Shown: positions 1-10,053, counted from the first letter of the stretch. The stretch: DNA of 64,000 bases from Spirochaetia bacterium (GCA_963662795.1 OY759746.1:544001-608000); one strand, 5' to 3'. Program-made: numbers and translations. The notes: generated by a model not told the origin, from the sequence alone.

Positions 1-507
1 TACAGGAATGATGAAAAGAAAAAAAAGATTTATAATGATTTAATAAACAATCCTGTAATAATGACAGAACCAATACCGGAAAAATATTCACGAATCAGGG
101 ATTATGCGATGCATGACCTGGGAATCGGCACAATGCATAATATGAGAAATGTCATAACAGGTATTTTTATCCCGTCCCTGCTTTTCAGGGAATATAGTAT
201 TACCGAAAAAATCAATCTCTGGAAAGGCAAAGCAGGTTCGGGAATCAGCATAATATGGGACGAAATAATATCACACGATTTAAGCAAAGAAAATACAGCG
301 TTTAAAATCCCCGTCTATTTCCTTCATGGAATATATGACTATACCTGCTCATATGAACTTGCCAAAGAATATTTTGATAAAATAAGCGCTCCGGAAAAAG
401 GTTTTTATTCATTTAATAATTCGGCGCATAGTCCGATTTTTGAGGAACCTGAAGAATGCGTCAGAATAATTAAAGAAAATATATTAGGCAGGCAAGGGAC
501 TTTCTGA
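1..507 (+). CDS. Alpha/beta hydrolase (proline iminopeptidase-like), 5'-truncated by the window edge
   Basis: Frame is open from base 1. C-terminal motifs PVYFLHGIYD (acid) and NSAHSPIFEEP (catalytic His). Confidence 0.8.
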   Translation, partial: YRNDEKKKKIYNDLINNPVIMTEPIPEKYSRIRDYAMHDLGIGTMHNMRNVITGIFIPSLLFREYSITEKINLWKGKAGSGISIIWDEIISHDLSKENTAFKIPVYFLHGIYDYTCSYELAKEYFDKISAPEKGFYSFNNSAHSPIFEEPEECVRIIKENILGRQGTF

Positions 508-553
508 GAATACCTTAAACCTGCCTTTGGGCCGCAGGACAGGAGCTAAGTGA

Positions 554-1309
554 TCAGAAACCAGGCTCTTCCCCAAGCTCCGGGTAATGGGCGGGATGCT
601 GGGAAAGGAGCGTATTGTTCCCCTCCTTTTTATAGATAACCTTTGATACGGGGAATGCCTCAAGCTGCTCAAACTCATCAGGCTTTTTCAAAAATCCGTC
701 AATCTCACCCGCCGGGAGGCCGGGATCAAGCCACTTTTCAATACTGCTAATATCATCAGGAAGAATAACCGGCATTCTTTTTTTCCGGTTGTGTATTTTA
801 GCCAGAAGCACATTTGCTTCTGTTGTTATTATTGTAAAAGTGCTGATTTCCCTGGAGTTTTCAGGCCCTCTCCACAGGGCATAAAGCCCCGCAAGGCTTA
901 TTATCCCCCTGTCCTTTTTTCTGATAAAAAAGGGGTAAGACTGTTTACCGATGTGATGCGGTTCAAAAAAACCGTCTGTTATCACAACACACCTTCTTGT
1001 TTTCCAGGAACCCCTGAAAGATGGCAGGCGGGAGAGTGTTTCTGCCCTTGCATTAAGTGTTTTATTTATTATCCCGTCCGCGTCCCGTTCTGTTTTTATC
1101 CAGGAAGGGATAAGACCCCACTTCATAAGATCAATGTGCATATCTGAAGAGTGCGGTTCAGACCGGCTTCTGTAGAGAACCGGTATATCTGGAAAAGAAA
1201 AGCCTGAAACAGAATAGTATTCGGGAAGCGGCGGTATTTCTGCCCTGTCTATACCATAAAATGAGGCTATCTGCTGTGCTGTTTTCGCGATGGCGATATT
1301 AAAACACAT
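554..1309 (-). CDS. SOS response-associated peptidase (SRAP/YedK/HMCES family), abasic-site protection
   Basis: N-terminal Met-Cys; MKWGLIPSW, NARAETL, RRCVV..DGFFE, IHNRKKRMPVIL motifs. Confidence 0.9.
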   Translation of the reverse strand: MCFNIAIAKTAQQIASFYGIDRAEIPPLPEYYSVSGFSFPDIPVLYRSRSEPHSSDMHIDLMKWGLIPSWIKTERDADGIINKTLNARAETLSRLPSFRGSWKTRRCVVITDGFFEPHHIGKQSYPFFIRKKDRGIISLAGLYALWRGPENSREISTFTIITTEANVLLAKIHNRKKRMPVILPDDISSIEKWLDPGLPAGEIDGFLKKPDEFEQLEAFPVSKVIYKKEGNNTLLSQHPAHYPELGEEPGF

Positions 1310-1327
1310 TTTCCCCTTCTATCGGCA

Positions 1328-2389
1328 TCAAAGCTTCACAATCTTTTTCCCGGACAGAATCAGTATTTCCGGTCTGTACTCAAAGTGCATATTATCATAA
1401 AAAAGCCATTTACCGCCCCAGATAAAGCCGTATTTTTCAAATATCCCTACAATCTCATCCGGAACCATCCATCTTTTTGAATAGGGAACAGAATACCACT
1501 GGGGGTTAAAAACCCGGGTCCAGTTCCAGTAAATCTCTTTACCTTTTATGTTTGCAGGAACCATATCGACAGCTATTCCGAAGCTGTGGTAACTCCTGCT
1601 TACGCTGTCTTCAATCCTTCTCCAGTTAAAAGCGCTGACAGACCCCAGACTGTCCAGATATTTTTTCACATCGCTGTTTACCTGCGCCTTAATCATGATT
1701 TCACGCTCTATGGCTTTATAAGCCGGGACAAGACTTTCGTGAACCTCGATTTTGTAACCCAGAAAATAAATATATCTGATGGATTTTAATATTTCATCAA
1801 GTGTTTTCCCTTTATAAAGTGTTTCAAGAAATGTATTATCGCGCGGGTGTGATTTTATTGCCTCTGAATATCTCTTTATTCTCTCAAGCTGCTGTGGGGT
1901 GGGGACTTTGTCCAGAGGGGGGAGTTTTTCAGGGTATTTATAAAAACCGTAAGCCCTGTATTTACTGCTTTGCCCCGCTTTTTCCTCAGGAAGAAGCCTG
2001 CCGCCGCTCCAGTAAAACCGCCTGCCGTCAAGGCTGATCATCCATTCATTTTCAGTGTAGGAAACATTATCGATCCTGTTTCCATAGGCTTTTAAGATGG
2101 CAGCAACCTCATCCTCTCCTTCAGTTTTTTCCGGAGAAAAAAATGCAGGAACAAGGCTGATATCACCCAGGCTGCGGCCTTTACTGTCAATGCCGTATTC
2201 ACTGCCTGTTACATTACAGTTTTCAGAAATCAACCCTGCAGAAGTCAGTTTCGCGTTTGCATATTCAACTGCTGATTCAGATTCTGAGCTGACAGGAGCC
2301 TTGCCTTTCAAGGCGGATTCGTGCATGCAGGAGACCAGGATAATTATAAATATTGCCGAAGCATAAAAGTGTAAGGATTTGCGTTTCAT
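1328..2389 (-). CDS. M15 family zinc metallopeptidase (D-Ala-D-Ala/peptidoglycan peptidase-like), probable lipoprotein
   Basis: Hydrophobic N-terminus ending LVSC; SYHSFGIAVD and GFIWGGKW..YDNMHFEY motifs. Confidence 0.85.
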   Translation of the reverse strand: MKRKSLHFYASAIFIIILVSCMHESALKGKAPVSSESESAVEYANAKLTSAGLISENCNVTGSEYGIDSKGRSLGDISLVPAFFSPEKTEGEDEVAAILKAYGNRIDNVSYTENEWMISLDGRRFYWSGGRLLPEEKAGQSSKYRAYGFYKYPEKLPPLDKVPTPQQLERIKRYSEAIKSHPRDNTFLETLYKGKTLDEILKSIRYIYFLGYKIEVHESLVPAYKAIEREIMIKAQVNSDVKKYLDSLGSVSAFNWRRIEDSVSRSYHSFGIAVDMVPANIKGKEIYWNWTRVFNPQWYSVPYSKRWMVPDEIVGIFEKYGFIWGGKWLFYDNMHFEYRPEILILSGKKIVKL

Positions 2390-2467
2390 TACAGCTTAAA
2401 TATATTTGCTAATATGGGGATTTACAACTTAATTTTTATCTTTTTTACATGCTGATTCCAAAGCCGT

Positions 2468-3187
2468 CTAAATAACATTTTTCCCGGCCCTTATTACCGC
2501 GGACCTGGCAAGAATATCTGTAGGATCCGCTGTTTTTTCCTTTATACCGAGTGTTTCAAAATATAGGGGAAGTTCTGTACAGCCGAGTATGAAAAGTTCT
2601 GCACCCTTTTTCTTAAGCTCTTTTACTGCCTTTTCAAGGCTTTCCGCGTAATCGGAATAGATCCCCTTTTTGACATTATAGATCACACCGGTTACTATAT
2701 CCTGCATCTCTTTATCCGGTTTAAGCAACTCCATCCCTTTTTTTGCGAATACCTTATCATAGATGCCTGCCGTGCATGTCCCTTCGGTCGCAAGAAGAGC
2801 TGCCTTAACTCCACTGCCTGATTTCATTATCTCCGAGACTGTTTCTTCAATCATGCTGATAAAATCAGCTTTTATATGGTTTTTGATTTCACCGTAAAAA
2901 TAATGGGCAGTATTGCAGGGCATAACAATAATATCAGCTCCCATCTTCTCAAGGTTTACAGCTGTTTTTATCATTTCAGGCAAAGGCGAGGGTCCTCTTC
3001 CCAGTATGAATTCAGTCCTGTCCGGGATGGATGTGTTGCTGTCGATAACTATATGGATATGTTCCCTGTCTGATGCTGCATTGGTATGGAGTATAATCTT
3101 TTTAAAAAGGTCGGCAGTTGCAAGAGGTCCCATTCCGCCGAGTATTCCTATTTTTTTGAAAGTCTTATCTGTATCCGGATCACCCAT
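2468..3187 (-). CDS. Aspartate/glutamate racemase family (aspartate racemase-like)
   Basis: IGILGGMGPLAT; two catalytic Cys in MPCNTAH and LGCTELP. Confidence 0.9.
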   Translation of the reverse strand: MGDPDTDKTFKKIGILGGMGPLATADLFKKIILHTNAASDREHIHIVIDSNTSIPDRTEFILGRGPSPLPEMIKTAVNLEKMGADIIVMPCNTAHYFYGEIKNHIKADFISMIEETVSEIMKSGSGVKAALLATEGTCTAGIYDKVFAKKGMELLKPDKEMQDIVTGVIYNVKKGIYSDYAESLEKAVKELKKKGAELFILGCTELPLYFETLGIKEKTADPTDILARSAVIRAGKNVI

Positions 3188-3211
3188 TTTTTCATCTCCA
3201 GTTATCAGATA

Positions 3212-4333
3212 CTAAATCCATGTAATTATTTTTTCAACTGCCTTGAGGCCGTGTCCGGTAAACGCAGAAACAATTATCTCACTGTCTTTTTTTCCCCTTG
3301 CGGCAAGATACCGGCGCACCCCTGCAACAACCGCCGCGGATGTCGGTTCAATAAAGTATCCCCGGGAGGCCATCAGGGTGAAGGATGTTTTTATTTCATC
3401 TTCATCAACAGCAATAAACTCCCCGCCGCTTTTGCGGACAGCTTCAAGAATCTGGACACCTCTTAAGGGTTCCGCTATTGCGATCCCTTCGGCATAAGTT
3501 TTTTCAGGGACTATTTTCAAAGGAGCATGACTCCCTTCGGAAAAAGCCTTATAGAGAGGAGCGCAATTCCCGGCCTGTATTCCGATTAATTTCGGAATAC
3601 TGCCAATTACACCCGTTTTTGCGAGTTCTGAAAATCCGATATAGGCGCCGAGAAGCAGAGTCCCGTTTCCCGCTGGAAGAATAACCGTATCAGGGGATCT
3701 CCATCCAAGCTGCTCCGCGACTTCGTATGCAAAAGTTTTTGTGCCCTGAAAAAAATAAGGGTTCCAGGAATGGCTTGCGTAGTAAATGTGCTGCGCGGAT
3801 AATAATACGGCCCTCGCTGTCGCCTCCCTGTTTCCGGGAGTTTTTACAAGGGAAGCCCCGTACATCTGGATCTGGGCCAGTTTTCCCCTTGAGGTATCGG
3901 CAGGCACATAGATATCACAGTCAATCCCGGCCCTTGCGCAGTAGGCGGCTACCGCTGCTCCTGCGTTGCCGGAGGAATCCTCAACTACCCTTCTTATTCC
4001 AAGTTCCTTCAGTTTGCTGACTAGAAGAGAGGCGCCCCTGTCCTTGTAGGAACCGCTCGGGAACAGGTGTTCCTGCTTTACGAGGATGTCACAGCCGTCA
4101 ATGTCTGTTTCGAGAAGAGGCGTAAATCCCTCCCCGAATGAAACAATATTATCGTCATCTGAAACTGGAAGTGCTTCCCTGTAGCGCCACATGGTGCAGC
4201 CGCGGCTTTTGATTTTTTCCCTGTCAAAATCAAATGTAAAATGAAGATCAAAAAACCCTCCGCAGGAGCATTTCCATTCCATCTCCCGCGGCAGATACTC
4301 TTTACCGCATGAAGTGCAAATCAGTTTTTCCAT
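3212..4333 (-). CDS. Threonine synthase-like PLP enzyme (fold type II)
   Basis: N-terminal CxxC..CxCGG; GEGFTPL; PSGSYKDRG (PLP Lys); DSSGNAG; PAGNGT; EPTSA; TGHGLK. Confidence 0.85.
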   Translation of the reverse strand: MEKLICTSCGKEYLPREMEWKCSCGGFFDLHFTFDFDREKIKSRGCTMWRYREALPVSDDDNIVSFGEGFTPLLETDIDGCDILVKQEHLFPSGSYKDRGASLLVSKLKELGIRRVVEDSSGNAGAAVAAYCARAGIDCDIYVPADTSRGKLAQIQMYGASLVKTPGNREATARAVLLSAQHIYYASHSWNPYFFQGTKTFAYEVAEQLGWRSPDTVILPAGNGTLLLGAYIGFSELAKTGVIGSIPKLIGIQAGNCAPLYKAFSEGSHAPLKIVPEKTYAEGIAIAEPLRGVQILEAVRKSGGEFIAVDEDEIKTSFTLMASRGYFIEPTSAAVVAGVRRYLAARGKKDSEIIVSAFTGHGLKAVEKIITWI

Positions 4334-4351
4334 ACTTTCAGTACCGCCGGA

Positions 4352-5371
4352 TTATATTTTAATTTCATCACAGAAATTATGTGTTAAAAGATCAGCTGCC
4401 TCATCGGCAGAAACTCTGGGGAGAAGCCACATGAGTTTTGCAACAATTGCCTCAAAGCCCATATCCTGCGCGCTTATTGCACCCGTCTTTAAAGTTTTCT
4501 GCCCTACATCGTACGTTAACAGATCGACACCGCCCTCGGGGCATTGTGTAGTAATAACTGTGAGAATACCGTTATTCACCGCTCTTTTTAAACCCGGAAG
4601 AAGATTTTCCCCGAGATAAGGCAGCCCTCCGAGGCCGAAACACTCGACAACCATTGCGTCAGGTTTTATATCAATCAGTTTATCAAAATAATGTGCGCTG
4701 AACCCCGGAAAAAGTTTTACCGGCAGCACTTTTGCTGAAAACCTTATATCGCGCTTCTCCTTAATGGGCCTTAAAAGAGTTGTTTTGTCGATATAGGGTT
4801 TTTTAAATATCACAGCTTTTTCATCTTCAATTCTGCCGATATCGCTGTAATAAACAGAATTAAACGCATCATGCCGTTTACCGGAGTATTTCTTCACCCT
4901 TGGTCCGTGCATCAGCTTTCCGGCAAAACATATAGACACGCTGTTTTGATTTTTACCGCACAGTGTCTTCATGAATACAAAAGAATCAAGCAAATTCTTT
5001 TTTGCGTCTGTTTCAGGATCAGACATTGGAAGCATTGAACCTGTCAGGACTACCGGCTTTCCAAGATCCCTGAGAACAAAGGAGAGAACCGAAGATGTAT
5101 ATGCCATTGTATCAGTCCCGTGGGTTATTACGAATCCGTCATACTTATCCTTATTTTCATAGAGTTTCTTAATGATTACAAGCCAGTCATCAGGGTTCAT
5201 ATTTGAACTGTCAATCGAAAGTACATTCAATACATCAAAATCCGCAAGAGCCGGAAGCTCAGGCACATGAGATGCAAGAGCTTCACCCTGGTCGACAGGG
5301 ACAAGCCCTTCACCGCTTTCCTGCGATGCTATTGTTCCGCCTGTAGTCATTAATAGAATTTTCAATTTCAT
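4352..5371 (-). CDS. Type I (cytoplasmic) asparaginase/glutaminase
   Basis: TTGGTIAS, DSSNM, THGTDTMAY and VVLTGS motifs. Start placed at ATG 5371 behind a GAGGAG RBS (ORF track starts at 5407). Confidence 0.9.
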   Translation of the reverse strand: MKLKILLMTTGGTIASQESGEGLVPVDQGEALASHVPELPALADFDVLNVLSIDSSNMNPDDWLVIIKKLYENKDKYDGFVITHGTDTMAYTSSVLSFVLRDLGKPVVLTGSMLPMSDPETDAKKNLLDSFVFMKTLCGKNQNSVSICFAGKLMHGPRVKKYSGKRHDAFNSVYYSDIGRIEDEKAVIFKKPYIDKTTLLRPIKEKRDIRFSAKVLPVKLFPGFSAHYFDKLIDIKPDAMVVECFGLGGLPYLGENLLPGLKRAVNNGILTVITTQCPEGGVDLLTYDVGQKTLKTGAISAQDMGFEAIVAKLMWLLPRVSADEAADLLTHNFCDEIKI

Positions 5372-5375
5372 CTCC

Positions 5376-6530
5376 TCAACTGTTTGCGACCAGTTTTTCA
5401 ATTGCATTAAGAATGATTTTTACGTAACTATCCCTTTCAGCTTCAGATATAAGAGGAATAACGTTATCTATAATATATTGCTTGCATACAACCATTGAAA
5501 GCACTGCGGCTGTTCCAGGCTGAAGGCCCGGGCTTGAAGCAGCTGTAAAAATATTCCTGCTCATATATGTAAAACTTGCGGCATCCTCTGATACCATCCT
5601 GGCAAGCTCAGCAATTATTCTTACCTTGACAGAGGCTTTTTCCGTATTTCTCAGGGCAAATGCATTGTTTTCAAGTTTCTCGGCAAATTTTACGGCAAGA
5701 GACTGAAACCCGTATCCGTCATAGCTTAAAAGATCATCCCTGAGCATATACGGAAGTTCAAGTTCCCTGCAGGATGCCTCAAGCGCAAGAGCTACAGCCT
5801 CATTCCCTTTTTCCTTCGAATAGCGGATTAAAAAACTGTCTTTTTCGATTCTGTCAGAAAGGAAACTATAGACCTTGCTTTCTGCTACAATTGTCGGCAG
5901 GGGGAATCCGATCTCCCTCATCATTTCCCCTTTCATGCCATGCATATAGTTGCCCTCATAATCCTCATCCGGCCCAATCCCCCCGGCTGTGTAGTTAACA
6001 GGGATCACAACTGCCACAGGGATATCACCGTAATCAATTACTGTTCCCATTACAATCCCGGCGTTATCGCTGCTTTCAGGCACAATAAAAACCTTATCAG
6101 GAGATGCTTTTTTAAACGCGTCAATTACGGCAAGGGTAAGGGCAGCCTGAAAACACGCGGCCGGTTCACCTGCCCCCTGTCCGTAAACCCGTCCGAATAC
6201 AGAAGCTGCGTTCCCCTGTGAAAAAAGGGCATCACAACCCTCAGCCATTTTCATCATCCCCGCTTCCTGGGGAGTTACCCGCCGCCTGGGACAGGTAGTC
6301 GCGCTGCCTCCTCCGGAAAGAGTTACCGTTATGCTTTCCGTAGTACAGGAAATATCCCTGACATGTGTGTCGACTCCAAGCGCCAGGGCGACAAGTGTGC
6401 CGGCGGCGCAGAAGCCTGCAGAGTCATCCTGCTGATAACCGTTCGCTCCGTGTGCATGAGCAATTCCGGCATGCCCTGCAAGTCCTATGGTTCCTTCCTT
6501 ACTTGAAGATAAACTGATTTTTTTAAGCAT
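5376..6530 (-). CDS. Conserved-looking hypothetical protein, possible metalloenzyme
   Basis: 384-aa ORF tightly packed in the operon; GHAGIAHAHG..QDDSAGF and GGIGPDEDYEGN motifs; family not recognised. Confidence 0.7.
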   Translation of the reverse strand: MLKKISLSSSKEGTIGLAGHAGIAHAHGANGYQQDDSAGFCAAGTLVALALGVDTHVRDISCTTESITVTLSGGGSATTCPRRRVTPQEAGMMKMAEGCDALFSQGNAASVFGRVYGQGAGEPAACFQAALTLAVIDAFKKASPDKVFIVPESSDNAGIVMGTVIDYGDIPVAVVIPVNYTAGGIGPDEDYEGNYMHGMKGEMMREIGFPLPTIVAESKVYSFLSDRIEKDSFLIRYSKEKGNEAVALALEASCRELELPYMLRDDLLSYDGYGFQSLAVKFAEKLENNAFALRNTEKASVKVRIIAELARMVSEDAASFTYMSRNIFTAASSPGLQPGTAAVLSMVVCKQYIIDNVIPLISEAERDSYVKIILNAIEKLVANS

Positions 6531-6580
6531 TTTTATTTTTCCCGCACAATCACTGTTTTTTTACATTGGAATGGATATAT

Positions 6581-6665
6581 GCCCGGTATTATGTTTTCAA
6601 TACCGGGCCAGGAAAACCGCATCAGATGCAGGACCGGCACCATTTAAGCCTGTCCTGCAGATGCG
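6581..6665. other. Two intergenic stem-loops inside the amino-acid operon
   Basis: GCCCGGTATT/AATACCGGGC (6581-6608) and CGCATC..TGCAGGAC/GTCCTGCA GATGCG (6618-6665). Confidence 0.6.
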
Positions 6666-6683
6666 CTGCCGGTAATAAACCGA

Positions 6684-7928
6684 TCAGGCCATTTTTACTT
6701 TTTTGTCATTATAGACTTTAAGATCAAGCTCTTTCATAAGGGCGGCAACTGTTACCATTCCGACAGTATCTCCCGTAACATTGAGCATTGTGTTAGGCAT
6801 ATCAATCAGGTAATAGATACCCGCGATCCAGGGAACGATATCAAGCGGAAGCCCCATAACCTGAAGCAGTACTGCGGACATTATTATACCGCCGCCCGGA
6901 ACACCTGCAACACCTGCTGCCATTATTATACCGAGCGCGATTATTACGAGCAGGCTTGTAAATGGAAGATCGATACCGTAAATCTGGGCAGCGAAAACCG
7001 CGTAGATAGGCATTTCAGCAGCGCACGCATGCATGTTTATCGTAGCGGCCGGAGGCGCGATAAGGTTAACCATATCCTTGGGAACTCCGCCCCTCTCTTT
7101 TGTAACCTTCATTGTAAGGGGAAGGGTTGCGCTTGATGAGCATGTTGAGAACGCCAGAAGCATGGCCGGATATATATTCCTGAAATGCTGGAAGACAGGA
7201 ACTTTTGCTACAAATTTAAGTATCAACGGATATGCAATCAGAATTACAGTCGCATAAGCCGCGTACTGGGTCACAAGCATCTTCCCGAGTCCGTAAAGAA
7301 CTGTTGAGCCGAGAGTACCTGTAATGTTGGCAACGAGGGCAAATACACCGTAAGGCGCGAGGCTTATTACCCACCCTACAATTCTTGTAAAGAAGTCATT
7401 AAGAGCGTCAAAGATATTGAAAATCAGCGTACCTTTTTCGGTTTCCTTGAATGCGGCAAGGATAAGACCGGCAATAATAGCGAAAACTATAATCTGAAGG
7501 ATATTCCCTTCTGCAAAAGCCGCAAAAGGATTATTCGGGACCCATTTGACAAGTGAATCGAGCAGGTTTACATCAACAACAGGGATCTCTTTTGCTCCCA
7601 GATTGATGCCGACTCCCGGTTTGATTATATATGCCCAAACAAGACCCATGGAAGCTGCAAGAGTGGAAGCAACTGCCCAGTACACAAGGAAGTATCCTCC
7701 TACCTTTTTAAGGCGCGACATATCCGCCACCTGTGAAATACCCGAAATAATACTTACAAAAATGAGCGGATATATACACATTTTCAAAAGACGGATAAAT
7801 ACATCACCGACAAACTGGATGTACGAAGCTTTTTCCCCGATAATAAAACCGAGTATAGCACCGAGAATCATCGCGATCAGAATTTTGAGAGGAAGCCCTA
7901 ATTTTTTTCTTCCTGTTTTTTCTGACAT
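6684..7928 (-). CDS. Dicarboxylate/amino acid:cation symporter (DAACS, GltP-like)
   Basis: Multiple TM helices; AFSTCSSSATLP, ATINM, GVAGVPGGG and TMLNVTGD motifs. Confidence 0.92.
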   Translation of the reverse strand: MSEKTGRKKLGLPLKILIAMILGAILGFIIGEKASYIQFVGDVFIRLLKMCIYPLIFVSIISGISQVADMSRLKKVGGYFLVYWAVASTLAASMGLVWAYIIKPGVGINLGAKEIPVVDVNLLDSLVKWVPNNPFAAFAEGNILQIIVFAIIAGLILAAFKETEKGTLIFNIFDALNDFFTRIVGWVISLAPYGVFALVANITGTLGSTVLYGLGKMLVTQYAAYATVILIAYPLILKFVAKVPVFQHFRNIYPAMLLAFSTCSSSATLPLTMKVTKERGGVPKDMVNLIAPPAATINMHACAAEMPIYAVFAAQIYGIDLPFTSLLVIIALGIIMAAGVAGVPGGGIIMSAVLLQVMGLPLDIVPWIAGIYYLIDMPNTMLNVTGDTVGMVTVAALMKELDLKVYNDKKVKMA

Positions 7929-8079
7929 TCTTTTCCTCCTGTTAAGTATTTATTTAACAGATTAATTGTAAACCCCATATACTCAGTCGTCAATAAATGT
8001 TTATACAAAAGAGGAGGAGGGGGTAATCAGACATGAATTGAGAATATAATTCTTTTTACGGTACACCTGGAAACAGGCT

Positions 8080-8646
8080 TCAGGATTTAATTTTTTCAGC
8101 TCCGGCTTTCTTCATTTCGCTTAGTGCGGCAGCCCCGTCGCCGGGTTTTACCTCAACGGCGCTCACTCCGTCAATGAGCAGCTTTACAGTGTATCCGTTT
8201 TTAAGGGCATCGAGAACTGTACTTTTAACACAGTAATCAGTTGCAAGCCCGCAGACTGTAAGTTCCTTTACACCCTTTTTTTTAAGTACCTCATCAAGCA
8301 TTTCGCCGTCAGGGGAGGACCCCTCAAACCCGGAATAGGCATCCTTTCCGGCAGAAGCTGCTTTGGAAATTATGAGGGCATCTTCCGGTATATCAAGTTC
8401 CGGATGAAAATCCGCGCCCTCAGTTCCCGCGACACAGTGAGCAGGCCATATACCTCCCTGCTGTTTAAAGGAGCAGTGGTCAGGAGTATGCCAGTCTCTT
8501 GTAAAAACAATCAGGTGCCTGCCCGCGGAGAAATATTTTATATAATTATTTATAACAGGAACAATTTCATTGCCTCCCTTTACAGCGAGTGATCCGCCGG
8601 GACAGAAATCATTCTGCATATCAACTATTACGAGAGCTTTCTTCAT
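8080..8646 (-). CDS. pncA: Nicotinamidase/pyrazinamidase
   Basis: VDMQNDFCPGGSL, TRDWH, WPAHCV, YSGF, GLATDYCV. ATG 8646 follows a GGAGG RBS. Confidence 0.92.
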   Translation of the reverse strand: MKKALVIVDMQNDFCPGGSLAVKGGNEIVPVINNYIKYFSAGRHLIVFTRDWHTPDHCSFKQQGGIWPAHCVAGTEGADFHPELDIPEDALIISKAASAGKDAYSGFEGSSPDGEMLDEVLKKKGVKELTVCGLATDYCVKSTVLDALKNGYTVKLLIDGVSAVEVKPGDGAAALSEMKKAGAEKIKS

Positions 8647-8692
8647 ATCAGCCTCCAGTTTTGCCCTTAACAGGGATTCCATTATATATCTG

Positions 8693-9946
8693 TTAATAAT
8701 TCACCTTCCTCAGCCTGCTGTTGGGATTGTATGACCGCCCTTTTTTGGCGCATGGTTTTCCGTTAACCATTACAACATCAGCAGTAAAATCATTTTTACC
8801 CTGTAAAAGATAACTCCCGATTCCGTAAGCATCAACAGGAACTTTTTTATCCGCGAATTCCTTTATCTTTTCCGGGGTGAATCCGCCTGATACAATAATC
8901 TTTATATTGTTAAAACCTTCGCTGTCAAGTTTTTCCCTTGTTCTGAGGACAAGCTCAGGGATCACTCCGGTGGGTTTAAAATTACCCATCAGCTCAAATA
9001 CAGATTTATCAACCATCCTCTCAGAAGTATCCAGCCTCACTCCCCACAGTTTTTCACCGAGTGCCCTTGCGCAGTCAAGCGAAGTGTTTACGCAGTCGTT
9101 TTCAAAATCAACAAGAGCAACGAGATTGGTCTCGGGATAGGATTCGCCGAAGACTTCAGCCGCTTTTACCGTGTCTCCTCCGAGAGCCGCGATCATCGCG
9201 TGCGGGACAGTTCCCGACGCTTTGGCGCCCCACCATTCACCCTGGGCAAGGGTTGAAACACCTGAAGCTCCGCCGATATAGGCGGCATATCCGTCGCCCC
9301 CCTGTACTTCCCAGTGGTCAAAACGGGCGGGGAAATAAAGGACAGGAACACCGGCGGCGGCCTGGACAACCCTTCTTACATTTGTGGCTACCTTTGTCCT
9401 TCTGGCAAGGATCCCGAGATATATTGTCTCAAGATGGGCAAAGGAGGCTATCTTCCCTTTTATATGCATTACACTTTCCCATGGCAAGATGTTTTCCCCG
9501 TCTTTCAGGGTAAGAATCTCAAGCAGGGGAAACTCGTCAATCCACAGGGAATCAAGCTCTTCCCCTATTTCCATCCGTTCAGATAAAACTGATAGATATT
9601 CTTTTCTGTCTTCCTGAAAATATTTCCGCGAGTCCTTTTTAAGATCAATATACCTGTCAAAAAGTTTGTATGCCTTTTTATAGTCTGAATATCTGCCGCT
9701 GGCAAGTTTAAGAACAGCCAGGCACTCATCAATTCCGCAGATTACGCCGCTGTTCTTCTGAAACACCTGCATTATGATTTCAGGATCTATGCCGTGCTCT
9801 TCAAGAGCCCTCTTCTCCCGCCAGAAATAAATATCGCTTCTGTAGCCCCGTCTTAATTCCTGCACAGGAAGATCAAATACATGGCTCTGAAGCCTTTCAT
9901 GGTTTGAAACATCAGAATTATCTGAAAAATATGCAGCATTCATCAT
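8693..9946 (-). CDS. pncB: Nicotinate phosphoribosyltransferase (QAPRTase/NAPRTase fold)
   Basis: SDIYF, GTVPHA, LVDFEND, GVRLDTS, IIVSGG and AKKGR motifs; adjacent to pncA. Confidence 0.8.
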   Translation of the reverse strand: MMNAAYFSDNSDVSNHERLQSHVFDLPVQELRRGYRSDIYFWREKRALEEHGIDPEIIMQVFQKNSGVICGIDECLAVLKLASGRYSDYKKAYKLFDRYIDLKKDSRKYFQEDRKEYLSVLSERMEIGEELDSLWIDEFPLLEILTLKDGENILPWESVMHIKGKIASFAHLETIYLGILARRTKVATNVRRVVQAAAGVPVLYFPARFDHWEVQGGDGYAAYIGGASGVSTLAQGEWWGAKASGTVPHAMIAALGGDTVKAAEVFGESYPETNLVALVDFENDCVNTSLDCARALGEKLWGVRLDTSERMVDKSVFELMGNFKPTGVIPELVLRTREKLDSEGFNNIKIIVSGGFTPEKIKEFADKKVPVDAYGIGSYLLQGKNDFTADVVMVNGKPCAKKGRSYNPNSRLRKVNY

Positions 9947-10019
9947 TTTTTTCCTTATATCCGCATTTATATGTAATTATAATACATTAAATTTCAGCAG
10001 TTTCAAAGCCGGTGATTAT

Positions 10020-10053
10020 AAAAAAACCGGAAACACCATGGCGGTATTTCCGG
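10020..10053 (-). terminator. Intrinsic terminator downstream of hcp
   Basis: Minus strand CCGGAAATACC-loop-GGTGTTTCCGG followed by T7. Confidence 0.7.
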
